Positions 18,664 through 28,224 of a stretch of DNA of 46,563 bases are shown here, in pieces (position 1 is the stretch's first letter; each line of letters starts with the position of its first letter). The stretch lies in IMG/VR virus record IMGVR_UViG_2721755658_000005, positions 1-46,563 of that record; one strand, given 5' to 3'. The translations under genes and the position numbers were made by a program. The notes beneath the pieces are model-generated. The model saw nothing but the letters and a program-made list of their open reading frames with translations, did no database searches and had not been told where the DNA came from. The stretch comes from a virus. Taxonomy: Duplodnaviria; Heunggongvirae; Uroviricota; Caudoviricetes.

Positions 18664-20496
18664 CTACCAAAATCGGGTATAGCCAACATCGTGATTTATA
18701 TCAATGCCACTGGAGCGTGTTTCCGTAACCCGCATACCTGGTGGCATATTTATAAATGATACCTTGATCTCACCATCAACTTTTGACGCGGTAGCTTTAT
18801 TAATCATGAAGGGATTCGAGCCTGTGGCATCGGAGGCGTTGTTTGCCTGAGCCGGATCCACCGCCGGATAAGGCGTGTATCCCCGTGCCGGTATTCCCGT
18901 CCCATAAGCATCATAAGCACCCGCGCCCCACTGCGCCGAGTTAATGGTATCGACCGTGTCACCGGAACTGTCGGTAAACCATTCAATAATCGGCTTCAGC
19001 TTATCCCACATATCCTGAAACCACTTAACAACCGGTCCCCAGTTATTGATCACCATCCCCAGCGGCGACCAGGCAAAAACTTTCTTAAGGAGTTCCCAGC
19101 CAGCCTCAAAATAAGGACCAATGGTTTCCCAGAGCTTCTTGAAATAAGGTCCGACAACATCCCAGTTAGTGATAATTAATCCCGCAGCCAGGGCTATCGC
19201 CGTCGCAATCATGCCAATCGGCGTCATCGACATGATCCTGCTGACAATGCTGATGGCACTGCCCACGCCCATCAATCCCAGTTTCAGAATCGCAAGACCG
19301 GCAGCAAGCCCGACGACGCCGCGAATAACCCGGGGATTTTCATCCGCAAACTTCGTGAATTTCTCCCCCAACTCCCCCAGCCACTGCGTGATGTTCTTAG
19401 CGTCACCAGAAAATGCGCCGCCAATAGCCGCAAGGCCGTTAGTTGCGGTCCCCGTCATTGCCTCCCACAGGTTGGACAGCGTACCAAGCTGAGCCTGAAC
19501 ACGTTTATTCAGGCTGGCCTGTTTATTCATCTTCTGCTGGATCTGATCGTAGCCATCCTTTCCTTTATCGATTAGTGCATTGACCACCTGAAGGGTTTCG
19601 GCATCATCACCAAATATTGCCTTAAGTACACCGGTTCGCTTAACGTCGGTCAGTTTTCGCAGCTTTGCCAGTTGCCTGAACATGTTATCAAGACCGCCAA
19701 AACTCCCTTTGCCATCAGTAAAATCGAGCTGTACCCCGAGTTTCTGGCGGGCCATGATTTTATTGACGTCCCTGATTTTCTTAACGCTTAATCCGGACTG
19801 GATAACTTTTCGCAGGGCATTACCTGCCGACTCCCCGTTCATCCCCATCTGATCCATCATGACACTGATGGGGGCAAGACTCTGTGCAGCCTGAAGACCG
19901 TCCTTATTCACCATCTTCAGAACAGAGCTGGTTTTAGTGAAGAATGACAGCATGTTGGTGTCGTCAACGCCCAGATAAAACGCCTTCTGAATTGTGTCGA
20001 ACAGCCCCATCATGTCTTCTGAGGCCGTTCCGGTAGCATCCTGCATCTTTGCGGCAAACTCGGCAGCCGCTTCCGGTGTTTTTTTCAGTTGTACCGCAAG
20101 ATAAGCTGTCGCTTTACCCACACCACCCAGAATGTTTTCTGCCGGGATCCCCTGACGCACCAGCATCTGCATCATGTTCTGGAAATCAGCCGTTGTACCG
20201 GGTAGCTGGTTACCCAGGCCAATAGCCAGTTTATTGATGTCCTGAAAGCTCTTTCCAACCTCGCCGTTCGCATCCATCATGGCGACTTTCAGCCCGGTAG
20301 CGGCGTTTTCCTGATCGGCATAAGATTTCAGGGAAAGCGTCAGCCCCGCTGCCAGTCCGCCACCAAGAGCCAGCCCACCCTGTGACGCTTCTTCCGCCTG
20401 GCGTTTAAATCCCCGGATTTTCTTTTGCATTTTCGACAGCGCGGGAGAAAGCCTGTCGACACCGGTGATCAACGCCTTAAGCTCAAACTCAGCCAT
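18664..20496 (-). CDS. tail tape measure protein
   Basis: 610 aa. It has the N-terminal TMP-like region, Gly/Ala-rich hydrophobic repeats, and sits after the chaperone frameshift pair. Confidence 0.9.
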   Translation of the reverse strand: MAEFELKALITGVDRLSPALSKMQKKIRGFKRQAEEASQGGLALGGGLAAGLTLSLKSYADQENAATGLKVAMMDANGEVGKSFQDINKLAIGLGNQLPGTTADFQNMMQMLVRQGIPAENILGGVGKATAYLAVQLKKTPEAAAEFAAKMQDATGTASEDMMGLFDTIQKAFYLGVDDTNMLSFFTKTSSVLKMVNKDGLQAAQSLAPISVMMDQMGMNGESAGNALRKVIQSGLSVKKIRDVNKIMARQKLGVQLDFTDGKGSFGGLDNMFRQLAKLRKLTDVKRTGVLKAIFGDDAETLQVVNALIDKGKDGYDQIQQKMNKQASLNKRVQAQLGTLSNLWEAMTGTATNGLAAIGGAFSGDAKNITQWLGELGEKFTKFADENPRVIRGVVGLAAGLAILKLGLMGVGSAISIVSRIMSMTPIGMIATAIALAAGLIITNWDVVGPYFKKLWETIGPYFEAGWELLKKVFAWSPLGMVINNWGPVVKWFQDMWDKLKPIIEWFTDSSGDTVDTINSAQWGAGAYDAYGTGIPARGYTPYPAVDPAQANNASDATGSNPFMINKATASKVDGEIKVSFINMPPGMRVTETRSSGIDINHDVGYTRFW

Positions 20497-20907
20497 GTGT
20501 GCGTTTCTCCTGCTCTATCCTGTTTGCCTGACTGACCAGCAAGGGAATTTCACTGATCGGCATATTCAGCAATTCGAAGGGATTAATGCGCCAGTAGCTG
20601 GCGCAGTCAAAGAAGCGATCAGTGAGGTATTCAGCCGTCAGGCCTGGAGGAAAAAACCAGCCACAAGCCACGCCGCTGCATTCAGGTCTGCCGGAGACAT
20701 CTGGTCGACAGAGCTTTGCGGCACTTTCGCCAGCCGCACAATGTATTTCGACACCACATGCGCCAGAAGTCTGACGGACTCATCCTGATTCATCTGGTAG
20801 GGATACCCCAGCTCGCGGACATCCTTCCCGGTGGGTTCATCAAACTCCAGTACGGAGAGTGTCTCACCATGAGCGATAATCGGTTTCTTTAACTCAAGCT
20901 CTTTCAT
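20489..20907 (-). CDS. tail assembly chaperone, -1 frameshift-extended product
   Basis: The slippery heptamer U UUU UUC lies at 20650-20656 on the minus strand. The -1 frame continues as PPGLTAEYL... to 20489 and overlaps the tape-measure start. Confidence 0.6.
20638..20907 (-). CDS. tail assembly chaperone (Mu gp41-like), short product
   Basis: 89 aa, between the tube gene and the tape measure gene. Confidence 0.75.
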   Translation of the reverse strand: MKELELKKPIIAHGETLSVLEFDEPTGKDVRELGYPYQMNQDESVRLLAHVVSKYIVRLAKVPQSSVDQMSPADLNAAAWLVAGFFLQA

Positions 20908-21263
20908 TACTGGTAATCCCCTTCTTCACCGTGGAACTCAAGATCAACCGTGCCTTCTTCGGCATTATGGTTCGCTTCTCCGTGCAGCCAGGCGGACGAC
21001 AATACATAGACCTGACCGTTCGCCAGCTCGGCAGTGATGGTCATCTCATCAGACGAGGTGATTTTGCTCACCGGAAAATTCTTCGGCACCTTGAAGGTCC
21101 CTTTGACATAAGGCGCACGGTGAGTTTCCTTGCGGTCCACTGAACCGTCCAGGCCGATGATGTCATCATTGACCGTCCTGTTCATGGGCACCTCAATGCC
21201 GCCGGTCAGCGATAGCTGCTGACCGTCAATTTTGAAATAACAGGTTCCCCCGATACGGGCCAT
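20907..21263 (-). CDS. tail tube protein (Mu gp40-like)
   Basis: 118 aa, directly downstream of the sheath gene. Confidence 0.8.
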   Translation of the reverse strand: MARIGGTCYFKIDGQQLSLTGGIEVPMNRTVNDDIIGLDGSVDRKETHRAPYVKGTFKVPKNFPVSKITSSDEMTITAELANGQVYVLSSAWLHGEANHNAEEGTVDLEFHGEEGDYQ

Positions 21264-22759
21264 TATGCAGACTCCTCTGAATACTGAAGACGGAACTGGT
21301 TAACCACGGCAAAAACACGCAACTGGTTAACATAGTCAGGCGGGAACAGCGTGTTCAGGCGGTTCGGATCGCTGGCATCACGCTCCACAACCAGATACTG
21401 CTTAAACAGTTCGTAGTTTTCCACGATCCCCGCACGCTCAAGCTGACGGTAGGTTGCCAGCAGTTCCCCTTTGATTACCGCCGGGGTGACAATCGCCTGA
21501 CCGGGACCAAAGCGGGTACCGTCGCTGGCAAGCTTGTGACGCCCGTACTTACTGGTAATGACGGATTTCAGTTTGCGCAGTACATACGCACTGGTATGCA
21601 GCGTCTCGCTGTCGAGGTAGCTGTTATCCGCAACCCCGTAAGCATTTTTCCTGTACGTGGTGACATCACGCTGAATGCGCAGCACCCCGCTTTCGACATA
21701 CGCCGTTGCCACGCCATGAGACAGCAGGGTCTGCTGCTCGGTCATCGTGAACCGTTTCCCCTTCGGCGCAGGCAGCATACCCACCAGCTCACCGGTCTGC
21801 GTGGGACGTGCCGGATCGTTGCGGATAAACACCGCTGCGCGGGCGGTACGGCTTGCCGCCAGCTCGTCGGCAGGCGTCTGGGTGTCTTTTTCGTACCCCG
21901 CCAGGGTAATGTGCTGCTGGTTAAACTGGTCACCTGCGGTCACCAGTTCTGACAGCGTGCCGATCTTTGCCGTATACACATGACCATACAGCTGACGCGC
22001 ATAGCTCCAGCGACCGCTGGTATCGTTCATCTCGGTCACCAGCGTGTTAACGGAGGCCGTGTCGTTGAACGGCAGGCCGATATAATCAAACGGCTCATCC
22101 GCCATTGCAGCCACCGCGCCGGTGAGAACAGGAGCGCCCGTTCCGGCGTTCCCCGTCGCCACGGCAATCTGTACGCCCGCTGGCAGCACTTCGCCCCCAC
22201 CGAAGCCGTAGTAATTGAGGCTGACAGGAATTTCATTCCCGCAAAGCCCCTTATGACGCGCGGTCAGTGTGACCACGCCAGCCGAAGATGAAGCTGTAAA
22301 CGGCAGAGTCGGAACGGCATTGATGGCATCTTTGATACTGCTGGCAATCGTCGTGACGTTATCGCCGTTGGTCACCGGAGCCTGCACGCGGGTACGTCCC
22401 ACATAGACATTCATCGTGCCGCTTTCGGTTGCTTCCCCGGTCACCGTCAGCGTAACCGTTGCCGCCGCGCCTGTGGCTTCCGGAACGGCAATCACATACA
22501 GCTCACCAAACGGGTCGGTCTGGCGATAAGCCTCGACCATACGCGCCAGCTGACTTCCCGCACCACAAATCTGGCGTGCATAGTCTGCCGACGGCATCAG
22601 CACCAGACTGTTGGCAACAATCTCTGCACCGTTATTGGCATGACCAATCAGCAGCGATGCTCCGCTGTCCTGTGCAGTATTCGCAGCCTGGTTATCCATT
22701 TCCGCATAAAACAGCGGAACCAGCGTATTCGACGGAATGGTGTTAAAGCTTATCGTCAT
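21263..22759 (-). CDS. contractile tail sheath protein (Mu gp39/L-like)
   Basis: 498 aa. The N-terminus FNTIPSNTLVPLFYAEMDN is typical of Mu-type sheaths. Confidence 0.9.
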   Translation of the reverse strand: MTISFNTIPSNTLVPLFYAEMDNQAANTAQDSGASLLIGHANNGAEIVANSLVLMPSADYARQICGAGSQLARMVEAYRQTDPFGELYVIAVPEATGAAATVTLTVTGEATESGTMNVYVGRTRVQAPVTNGDNVTTIASSIKDAINAVPTLPFTASSSAGVVTLTARHKGLCGNEIPVSLNYYGFGGGEVLPAGVQIAVATGNAGTGAPVLTGAVAAMADEPFDYIGLPFNDTASVNTLVTEMNDTSGRWSYARQLYGHVYTAKIGTLSELVTAGDQFNQQHITLAGYEKDTQTPADELAASRTARAAVFIRNDPARPTQTGELVGMLPAPKGKRFTMTEQQTLLSHGVATAYVESGVLRIQRDVTTYRKNAYGVADNSYLDSETLHTSAYVLRKLKSVITSKYGRHKLASDGTRFGPGQAIVTPAVIKGELLATYRQLERAGIVENYELFKQYLVVERDASDPNRLNTLFPPDYVNQLRVFAVVNQFRLQYSEESA

Positions 22760-22913
22760 CGGTGTTCACCTTTTTATTCACGCGCCGGATATCACCCGCT
22801 GCTTCACGGCGCAGCCAGTAGTTGTTCTCATCAACATTTCGCCCTTCGGCGGGCAAAAGGTCGCCGTGGGCAGGGTCAGGCACTGACCGCCCTTTAACAG
22901 GTTTCACAAACAT
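22743..22913 (-). CDS. DUF2635-like small protein (Mu gp38 position), below the ORF-track cutoff
   Basis: From the ATG at 22913: MFVKPVKGRSVPDPAHGDLLPAEGRNVDENNYWLRREAAGDIRRVNKKVNTDDDKL. It overlaps the sheath start by 17 nt. Confidence 0.6.
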   Translation of the reverse strand: MFVKPVKGRSVPDPAHGDLLPAEGRNVDENNYWLRREAAGDIRRVNKKVNTDDDKL

Positions 22914-22921
22914 GATGATCC

Positions 22922-23482
22922 TCAGGAAGGAAGGGGTATTTCGGTGTGATGTTCGATATCGCCGTCAGGCCCGTTACCGGGATCGAGATAATCAACATCA
23001 ATCGCCAGCGTTCGCAGTTCATCCAGACTGTTCAGGTCATCCTGCTGGCGGGTATCGTCTTCGGTCAGCTCGCTGATGACCGAAAAATCGAACTGATAAA
23101 TCAGCTCATGACGATTCAGATCCAGCAGCGTGCCGCCGTCATAGGTAATCGGGTTACCACACGCTTCCGGGTTCCAGCCCAGCAGAGCCTTAAAGAGCAT
23201 CTGCCGGACATCGTCCACCACATCATACGAGGCAAACTGACCGCGCTCATCACGCCCGTTACTCAGTATGACAACCACGGAGAAGCCCTCTTTCAGCTCC
23301 TGCCAGTAGTCGGTCTGGCTTTTGTTTTCTCCCGGAGAGTCATCACCCGGTACCACATATGCCGCCGGGAGCTTCAGCTTTCCGACCTCCGGCAGATTTT
23401 TGAACTGGGCCGCGCCTGCCACCCGGTTTTCAAAATACGGACAGCGGGCACGCAGCGCAGCAATAACAGGAGTCAGTTTCAT
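22922..23482 (-). CDS. Mu gp37-like tail completion protein
   Basis: 186 aa, in Mu-like synteny. Confidence 0.7.
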   Translation of the reverse strand: MKLTPVIAALRARCPYFENRVAGAAQFKNLPEVGKLKLPAAYVVPGDDSPGENKSQTDYWQELKEGFSVVVILSNGRDERGQFASYDVVDDVRQMLFKALLGWNPEACGNPITYDGGTLLDLNRHELIYQFDFSVISELTEDDTRQQDDLNSLDELRTLAIDVDYLDPGNGPDGDIEHHTEIPLPS

Positions 23483-23985
23483 CTGTGTCGTCGCTCCGGC
23501 TTCAGTGATTTACGCAATTCCCGCGCCAGAAAATAGCGTGTCCAGCTGCGGTTCTTTTCAAGCGTTTCCACCATGAAGTTATTACGTGGAGCCAGTCGCC
23601 AGCCGCTGCCACCGGATGCACCACGATGATGGCTGCGACGACGCTTTGCCCCTCGCCTCACGCCATAGAACAAAAAAGCCGGATAAAAATCACCGGTGAT
23701 ACGACGGTTTCCCTCTCCATTACGCTGGTTAGGGGCTATACGTGCCATAAAACCAGGGCGATGTTTACTGGCTCTGGGTACCATGTAACCAATCGAACGA
23801 GCCAGGCGTCCGGTCTGATAACCGGGGTTTTCACCCGGTGCCGACCGCGCACGGCGCATCACCAGCCGACGGGCATCACGCATATGACGCTGACCAATCG
23901 TGACAAACGCCCGCCGGACACGGGCGCGGTTAAAGCGCATCTCCGCAGGCTGCTGAAAATCAACGTGCAAAAAGGAAGTCGTCAT
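23479..23985 (-). CDS. HK97 gp10-family / Mu gp36-like neck protein
   Basis: 168 aa. Basic protein of the gp10 family type. Confidence 0.7.
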   Translation of the reverse strand: MTTSFLHVDFQQPAEMRFNRARVRRAFVTIGQRHMRDARRLVMRRARSAPGENPGYQTGRLARSIGYMVPRASKHRPGFMARIAPNQRNGEGNRRITGDFYPAFLFYGVRRGAKRRRSHHRGASGGSGWRLAPRNNFMVETLEKNRSWTRYFLARELRKSLKPERRHR

Positions 23986-24370
23986 TGTTGCCTCCGTGAC
24001 TCTGCCTACATTCGCCCAGCTCCGTACACTCCAGCAGCAGAAAGCGCCGCGCCCCGTTCAGATCGCGCTGACGTTTCACCCGGTACACACTGTCACCGCA
24101 GACCACCTCATAATCAGCGGTGATCCCCCGGCGGTAACGAATGGTGATGTAATGGGTGATGGCGTCCCCGGTCTGCGCGGTTTCCTGCCAGGTGGTGGCA
24201 CTGGTCTGGATAACCTTCGCCCATGTCCGGAACGTAACCGGGTATTGAGGCTCCACGCCAAAGTTATCCGCGGGCATATCCACCCGCTGGCGGATCAGGA
24301 CGCGTTTATTCAGTTCACCGGGGTCCGGCAGAATGTAGGTTGCGCTGGTCTGCGCCTGACGAATTTTCAT
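23960..24370 (-). CDS. head-tail adaptor / head closure protein
   Basis: 136 aa. LNKRVLIRQRV...ITHYITIRYRRGI is the typical pattern. Confidence 0.75.
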   Translation of the reverse strand: MKIRQAQTSATYILPDPGELNKRVLIRQRVDMPADNFGVEPQYPVTFRTWAKVIQTSATTWQETAQTGDAITHYITIRYRRGITADYEVVCGDSVYRVKRQRDLNGARRFLLLECTELGECRQSHGGNNDDFLFAR

Positions 24371-24690
24371 TGCGGAAAGTACCTGTACGGGCCGACAAGC
24401 CAGCCAAAACTCTGCGGCATGTCGAGTTTCTCCACTTCCGTAACCGACGAGCGGTTTTCGTAAAAATGGCTGATAAGCATCAGCATCCCCAGACGAATAT
24501 CATCCGGCAGGTGCAGCCCGTCCGGATCGCTGTCCGGAATGGTTTCATCCGGTGCATAGAGCTTCCGGTTCAGATACGTTTCCGTCCGCTTTTGTGCCGC
24601 ACAGGCCAGCAGTTGCAGATGGCGGTCATCAGCATCGAAATCCTCATCCAGCCGGAGTTGGGCTTTAATCTCTTCCATTGTCAGAAGCAT
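24367..24690 (-). CDS. gp6-like head-tail connector protein
   Basis: 107 aa. The N-terminus is LTMEEIKAQLRLDEDFDADD. Confidence 0.75.
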   Translation of the reverse strand: MLLTMEEIKAQLRLDEDFDADDRHLQLLACAAQKRTETYLNRKLYAPDETIPDSDPDGLHLPDDIRLGMLMLISHFYENRSSVTEVEKLDMPQSFGWLVGPYRYFPQ

Positions 24691-24692
24691 AC

Positions 24693-24893
24693 TCAGCCCT
24701 CTTTACTGGTCGTGGCTTTTTTCTCTTTTGTCGCTTTACTGCTTTTTGCACTGGTTCCGCGCTCTGCTAACCCGGCCTGAAGTGCAATCTCCTGCACCCG
24801 GGCAGGAAGCGCCCCGTCGTCATACTCACCGGCCCGAATGACCTCAACACGCATACCGTCCGGTGACCATTTCAGATCTTGTTTCAGGATCAT
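24693..24893 (-). CDS. hypothetical 66-aa head-module protein
   Basis: It lies between the capsid and connector genes. The C-terminus is Lys/Ser/Thr-rich. Confidence 0.5.
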   Translation of the reverse strand: MILKQDLKWSPDGMRVEVIRAGEYDDGALPARVQEIALQAGLAERGTSAKSSKATKEKKATTSKEG

Positions 24894-24941
24894 GATTCTT
24901 CACCCGTCAGAACAGGGGCGCGGTTCCGCGCCCCTGAGTGA

Positions 24942-26147
24942 TTACGCCACTGCAATCTTCAGCAGTTTGATGGCCTGCGAATCGACCAGCATGCCGCCGG
25001 TGCGTTTGGTGGTATAAAAACCGACAAACGGTTTATTGGTGTACGGGTCACGCAGAATGCGGGTGCCGATACGGTCAACGATGGTGTAACCCCGTTTGAA
25101 GTTACCAAATGCAATGGCTTTCGCATCAGCGGCGATATCCGGCATCTGTTCGTTTTCAGCGATACCGTAACCCGCCAGAGAGGACGGCTGCCCCAGCTCC
25201 AGCCCCGGACGCCACAGATAGTTACCCTCGCTGTCTTTCAGCAGACGGATGGCAAACAGGCTGTTGTTGTTCATCATGAACTTCGCGCCTGTGCGGTGTG
25301 CCTTACGCAGCGTGTAAATCAGTTTGATAATGGCGTCTGCGGTCACCGCCGTCGCGTCGCCGGATACAATATGCTGAAGTTTGCCGAACGCCCGGACCTT
25401 ATCGGTTTCATCCGTGGATTCATACGCCAGGAACCCTTTCGGCTTCTTGGTACCATCGCCGGTGGTAAAGGCAATTTCTTCCTGTTCGGCAAATTCGGTT
25501 GCCAGCTCGCTGTTGATCCATGCTTCCACGTTGAAAAAGGCATCATCCAGCATTTTCTGGGTGGCCTGCGGGTTACCGTAGATTTCCCCCATGAAAGGTT
25601 CAATCAGGCCCAGTTTTGAGGTGGCAGTCTGGGAGCGCGCGTCAGTCTCGCCAACCCATCCGGAAGCCGTGCCGCCCAGATTCACCAGTTTTTTGTAGTC
25701 GGAACCACCAACGGTGATCACCGTGGCTTCCTGGCGCATCACCACTTCATCTTTCAGCAGGGTGAGAATGTTGCGATCCAGTGCTTCCGGCACGGCATAG
25801 CCGCCGTCTTCATCGGTGCCCACCTGTAATGCCTTGCGCTCCAGATCGCGCAGACCATCTTCACGGCCTTTACGCAGGAAGCCCACAAACGCTTCTTTAT
25901 GCTCGGTGGCCAGTTTATTTTGCGCACCACCTGCCGGACGTTTCAGCTCAAGCAGCTCTTTTTCAAGGTCGCTTTTGAGATTTTCCAGCTCGCTGAGTTT
26001 CCCGTTCAGGGTTTCCACCTGCCCGGCAAGCTTGCCTTTTTCCTGCTCAATCGCATCCACGCGCTTGTCGTTCTTTGCTTTGAAGTCGTCAAACTTCTGC
26101 TGCAGCTCCTGCGCGACCTGTTCGACATCTTTAATATCAACCGCCAT
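24942..26147 (-). CDS. major capsid protein, HK97 family
   Basis: 401 aa with an N-terminal coiled-coil delta domain followed by a capsid fold-like region. It sits downstream of the prohead protease. Confidence 0.9.
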   Translation of the reverse strand: MAVDIKDVEQVAQELQQKFDDFKAKNDKRVDAIEQEKGKLAGQVETLNGKLSELENLKSDLEKELLELKRPAGGAQNKLATEHKEAFVGFLRKGREDGLRDLERKALQVGTDEDGGYAVPEALDRNILTLLKDEVVMRQEATVITVGGSDYKKLVNLGGTASGWVGETDARSQTATSKLGLIEPFMGEIYGNPQATQKMLDDAFFNVEAWINSELATEFAEQEEIAFTTGDGTKKPKGFLAYESTDETDKVRAFGKLQHIVSGDATAVTADAIIKLIYTLRKAHRTGAKFMMNNNSLFAIRLLKDSEGNYLWRPGLELGQPSSLAGYGIAENEQMPDIAADAKAIAFGNFKRGYTIVDRIGTRILRDPYTNKPFVGFYTTKRTGGMLVDSQAIKLLKIAVA

Positions 26148-26161
26148 CGTATTTCTCCTGA

Positions 26162-26812
26162 TTAGAAGTTCAGATTTTTCAGTGCATTCAGTGCAGAGCC
26201 CACATCCTCAGCGTCGCGCAGGGACAGTGCGCCATAGCCCCCGGCCATGAATGCTTTGGCCTGGGTACGGGAGAGTCCGACATCACGCAGGACTCTTTCG
26301 ATTTTTTTCTGTTCGGGGATTTCCCCGCGGGCCAGTGCGTTCTTGACGTCGCTGATCCGCGCCTCGTCGTTAGACGGGAACGTCACCAGGCTGACTTCCC
26401 AGAGGTCGATTTCTTTCAGCAGAAAGGCTTCTTTGCTCCGGTCGTATTCCCAGTCTTTCAGGACGTACCCAATAGAAAGGCCGGTTAACGAACCGGCCTT
26501 CATGTGTGCATGTGCGCGTTTTGCGAGGGGATCATCATCAATAAGCAACCGTCCCCTGACGTAAAGCCCGACATCGTCTTCCTTCATTTCGGTGTAAACA
26601 CCGATGGGTTCATCCATGCGGTGCTGCCAGAGCAGCGCAGGTAACGCTTTTCTGTCACTCCACGCCCGCAGGGAAGCAGCAAATGCCCCGGACATCACCA
26701 CATCATCGTGGCTGTCCTTTACACCAAAGACGGAGCCATACCCTTCAAACTCACCGGAGTCACTGACAGATTTCAGACTCAGCGGTACATCAAGACGTTG
26801 TTTCGTCTGCAT
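26162..26812 (-). CDS. HK97-family prohead serine protease
   Basis: GYGSVFGVKDSHDDVV...LTGLSIGY... fits the family. The start is probably MQTKQRL at 26812. The track ORF extends to 26848. Confidence 0.85.
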   Translation of the reverse strand: MQTKQRLDVPLSLKSVSDSGEFEGYGSVFGVKDSHDDVVMSGAFAASLRAWSDRKALPALLWQHRMDEPIGVYTEMKEDDVGLYVRGRLLIDDDPLAKRAHAHMKAGSLTGLSIGYVLKDWEYDRSKEAFLLKEIDLWEVSLVTFPSNDEARISDVKNALARGEIPEQKKIERVLRDVGLSRTQAKAFMAGGYGALSLRDAEDVGSALNALKNLNF

Positions 26813-28031
26813 TGGCGTTATCCTTCTGCTTACCGGCTTTACTGCCATCGGAGGGTTTCGTGGTCATGTTCATCGGTGTGAGATAGACATCACCACCGGG
26901 ACGCGGATTCATATCTTCCAGGTCGCGGCAGTCATTGGGAGAGTAAATTCCCCAGTTAATCCCGGTGGCGTAGGCTTCAAAACGGGACTTCATATCCCCG
27001 CGCAGTAACGCCCCGGCGTTAAATTTGGCGTAATAAACGCCCTGCTTACTTTTTCGTACCAGTCCGGTGTTGATCCGCTGTTCGATGCGGGTCAGATACG
27101 GCACCAGTGAATAGTTGATAAATCCGAGCCCCAGTTCTTCGATATTGTTGAAGGTGGCGCGATCGGTGTTCTGCACCATGTGCAACGGTACCCGGAACAG
27201 ACGACAGATTTCTTCAAGCTGAAACTTGCGGGTTTCCAGGAACTGGCTGTCCTCGGCGTTCAGCGCCATCGACTTCCAGTCCAGCCCCATCTCAAGGATC
27301 ATCGGGCGGTGAGCATTGCCAAGCCCGGTGTGACGCTCCTCAAAATCTTTCTTCAGGCGCTCGTAAGCCTGATCTGACAGCGTCTGCTCTGTACGCAACA
27401 CACCCGACGTCACCGCGCCATTGCTGAACAGTCTGGCCCCGTGCTCTTCGGTCGCTGCCGCCAGCGATATTGCCTCGCGGGCATAGGCGATGGGATTCAG
27501 CCCCACCAGTCCGTCCAGCGTCAGCGTGCGCACATGCCAGATATCCTCCTGGCTCAGTACATCCGTGGAGCCATCCGGGAATGTGACCTGATAGACCGGC
27601 TCCCAGCTACTGTTAAGCTTCGGTACCACACAGCCGGGATCGACGGGCAGCAGTTCAGCCACTTCGCCAAATGCTTTCACTTTGTAGGCATAAAAGTTTC
27701 CCCGCAGGCACAGACAGGTGACCACCAGCTCCCAGAACTCCTGCGGCGTCATATAGCCATTGGGATGCGTGGAGATCAGCTTATGCAGACGTTCGCCAGT
27801 GGCTCTCTGCTTCAGGCTGCCGTTCAGGCGATACAGGTTGCATGGCAACATCCCGACCGACTCCGCCAGCACCCTGACGCAGGAAAAAACCGCCGTCAGT
27901 CGCATGGCCCTCTGGCTGCTGATCTGCTTTCCGGTATAGGTGTCGTATGACAGCCCGATAGCATCCACCAGCTCTGCTGGCGTGGTCACCGGTGCGTCAC
28001 TTTTTCGTTGAAATAATCCCGAAAAGAACAC
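26790..28031 (-). CDS. portal protein, HK97 family
   Basis: 413 aa, in terminase-portal-protease-capsid order. Confidence 0.9.
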   Translation of the reverse strand: MFFSGLFQRKSDAPVTTPAELVDAIGLSYDTYTGKQISSQRAMRLTAVFSCVRVLAESVGMLPCNLYRLNGSLKQRATGERLHKLISTHPNGYMTPQEFWELVVTCLCLRGNFYAYKVKAFGEVAELLPVDPGCVVPKLNSSWEPVYQVTFPDGSTDVLSQEDIWHVRTLTLDGLVGLNPIAYAREAISLAAATEEHGARLFSNGAVTSGVLRTEQTLSDQAYERLKKDFEERHTGLGNAHRPMILEMGLDWKSMALNAEDSQFLETRKFQLEEICRLFRVPLHMVQNTDRATFNNIEELGLGFINYSLVPYLTRIEQRINTGLVRKSKQGVYYAKFNAGALLRGDMKSRFEAYATGINWGIYSPNDCRDLEDMNPRPGGDVYLTPMNMTTKPSDGSKAGKQKDNANADETTS

Positions 28032-28213
28032 TATTTACCTCCACCAACAGACATCTGTGTACGGTCGAGATATCGCGCCACCAGCCACGACCAGAACAGG
28101 CACAACGCCCCGGCAACAACAAACCCCGCCGGGGGATAAATCAGCCAGGCACCATACGCCAGCAAAAGCACCCCCAGCACGCCCACCAGAGGCGCGAGAA
28201 TCAGCATGATCAT
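28031..28213 (-). CDS. 60-aa two-TM small membrane protein
   Basis: It reads [49 protein letters not shown]. The gene is start/stop-coupled to the portal gene. Confidence 0.5.
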   Translation of the reverse strand: MIMLILAPLVGVLGVLLLAYGAWLIYPPAGFVVAGALCLFWSWLVARYLDRTQMSVGGGK

Positions 28214-28224
28214 AATTACCTCAG

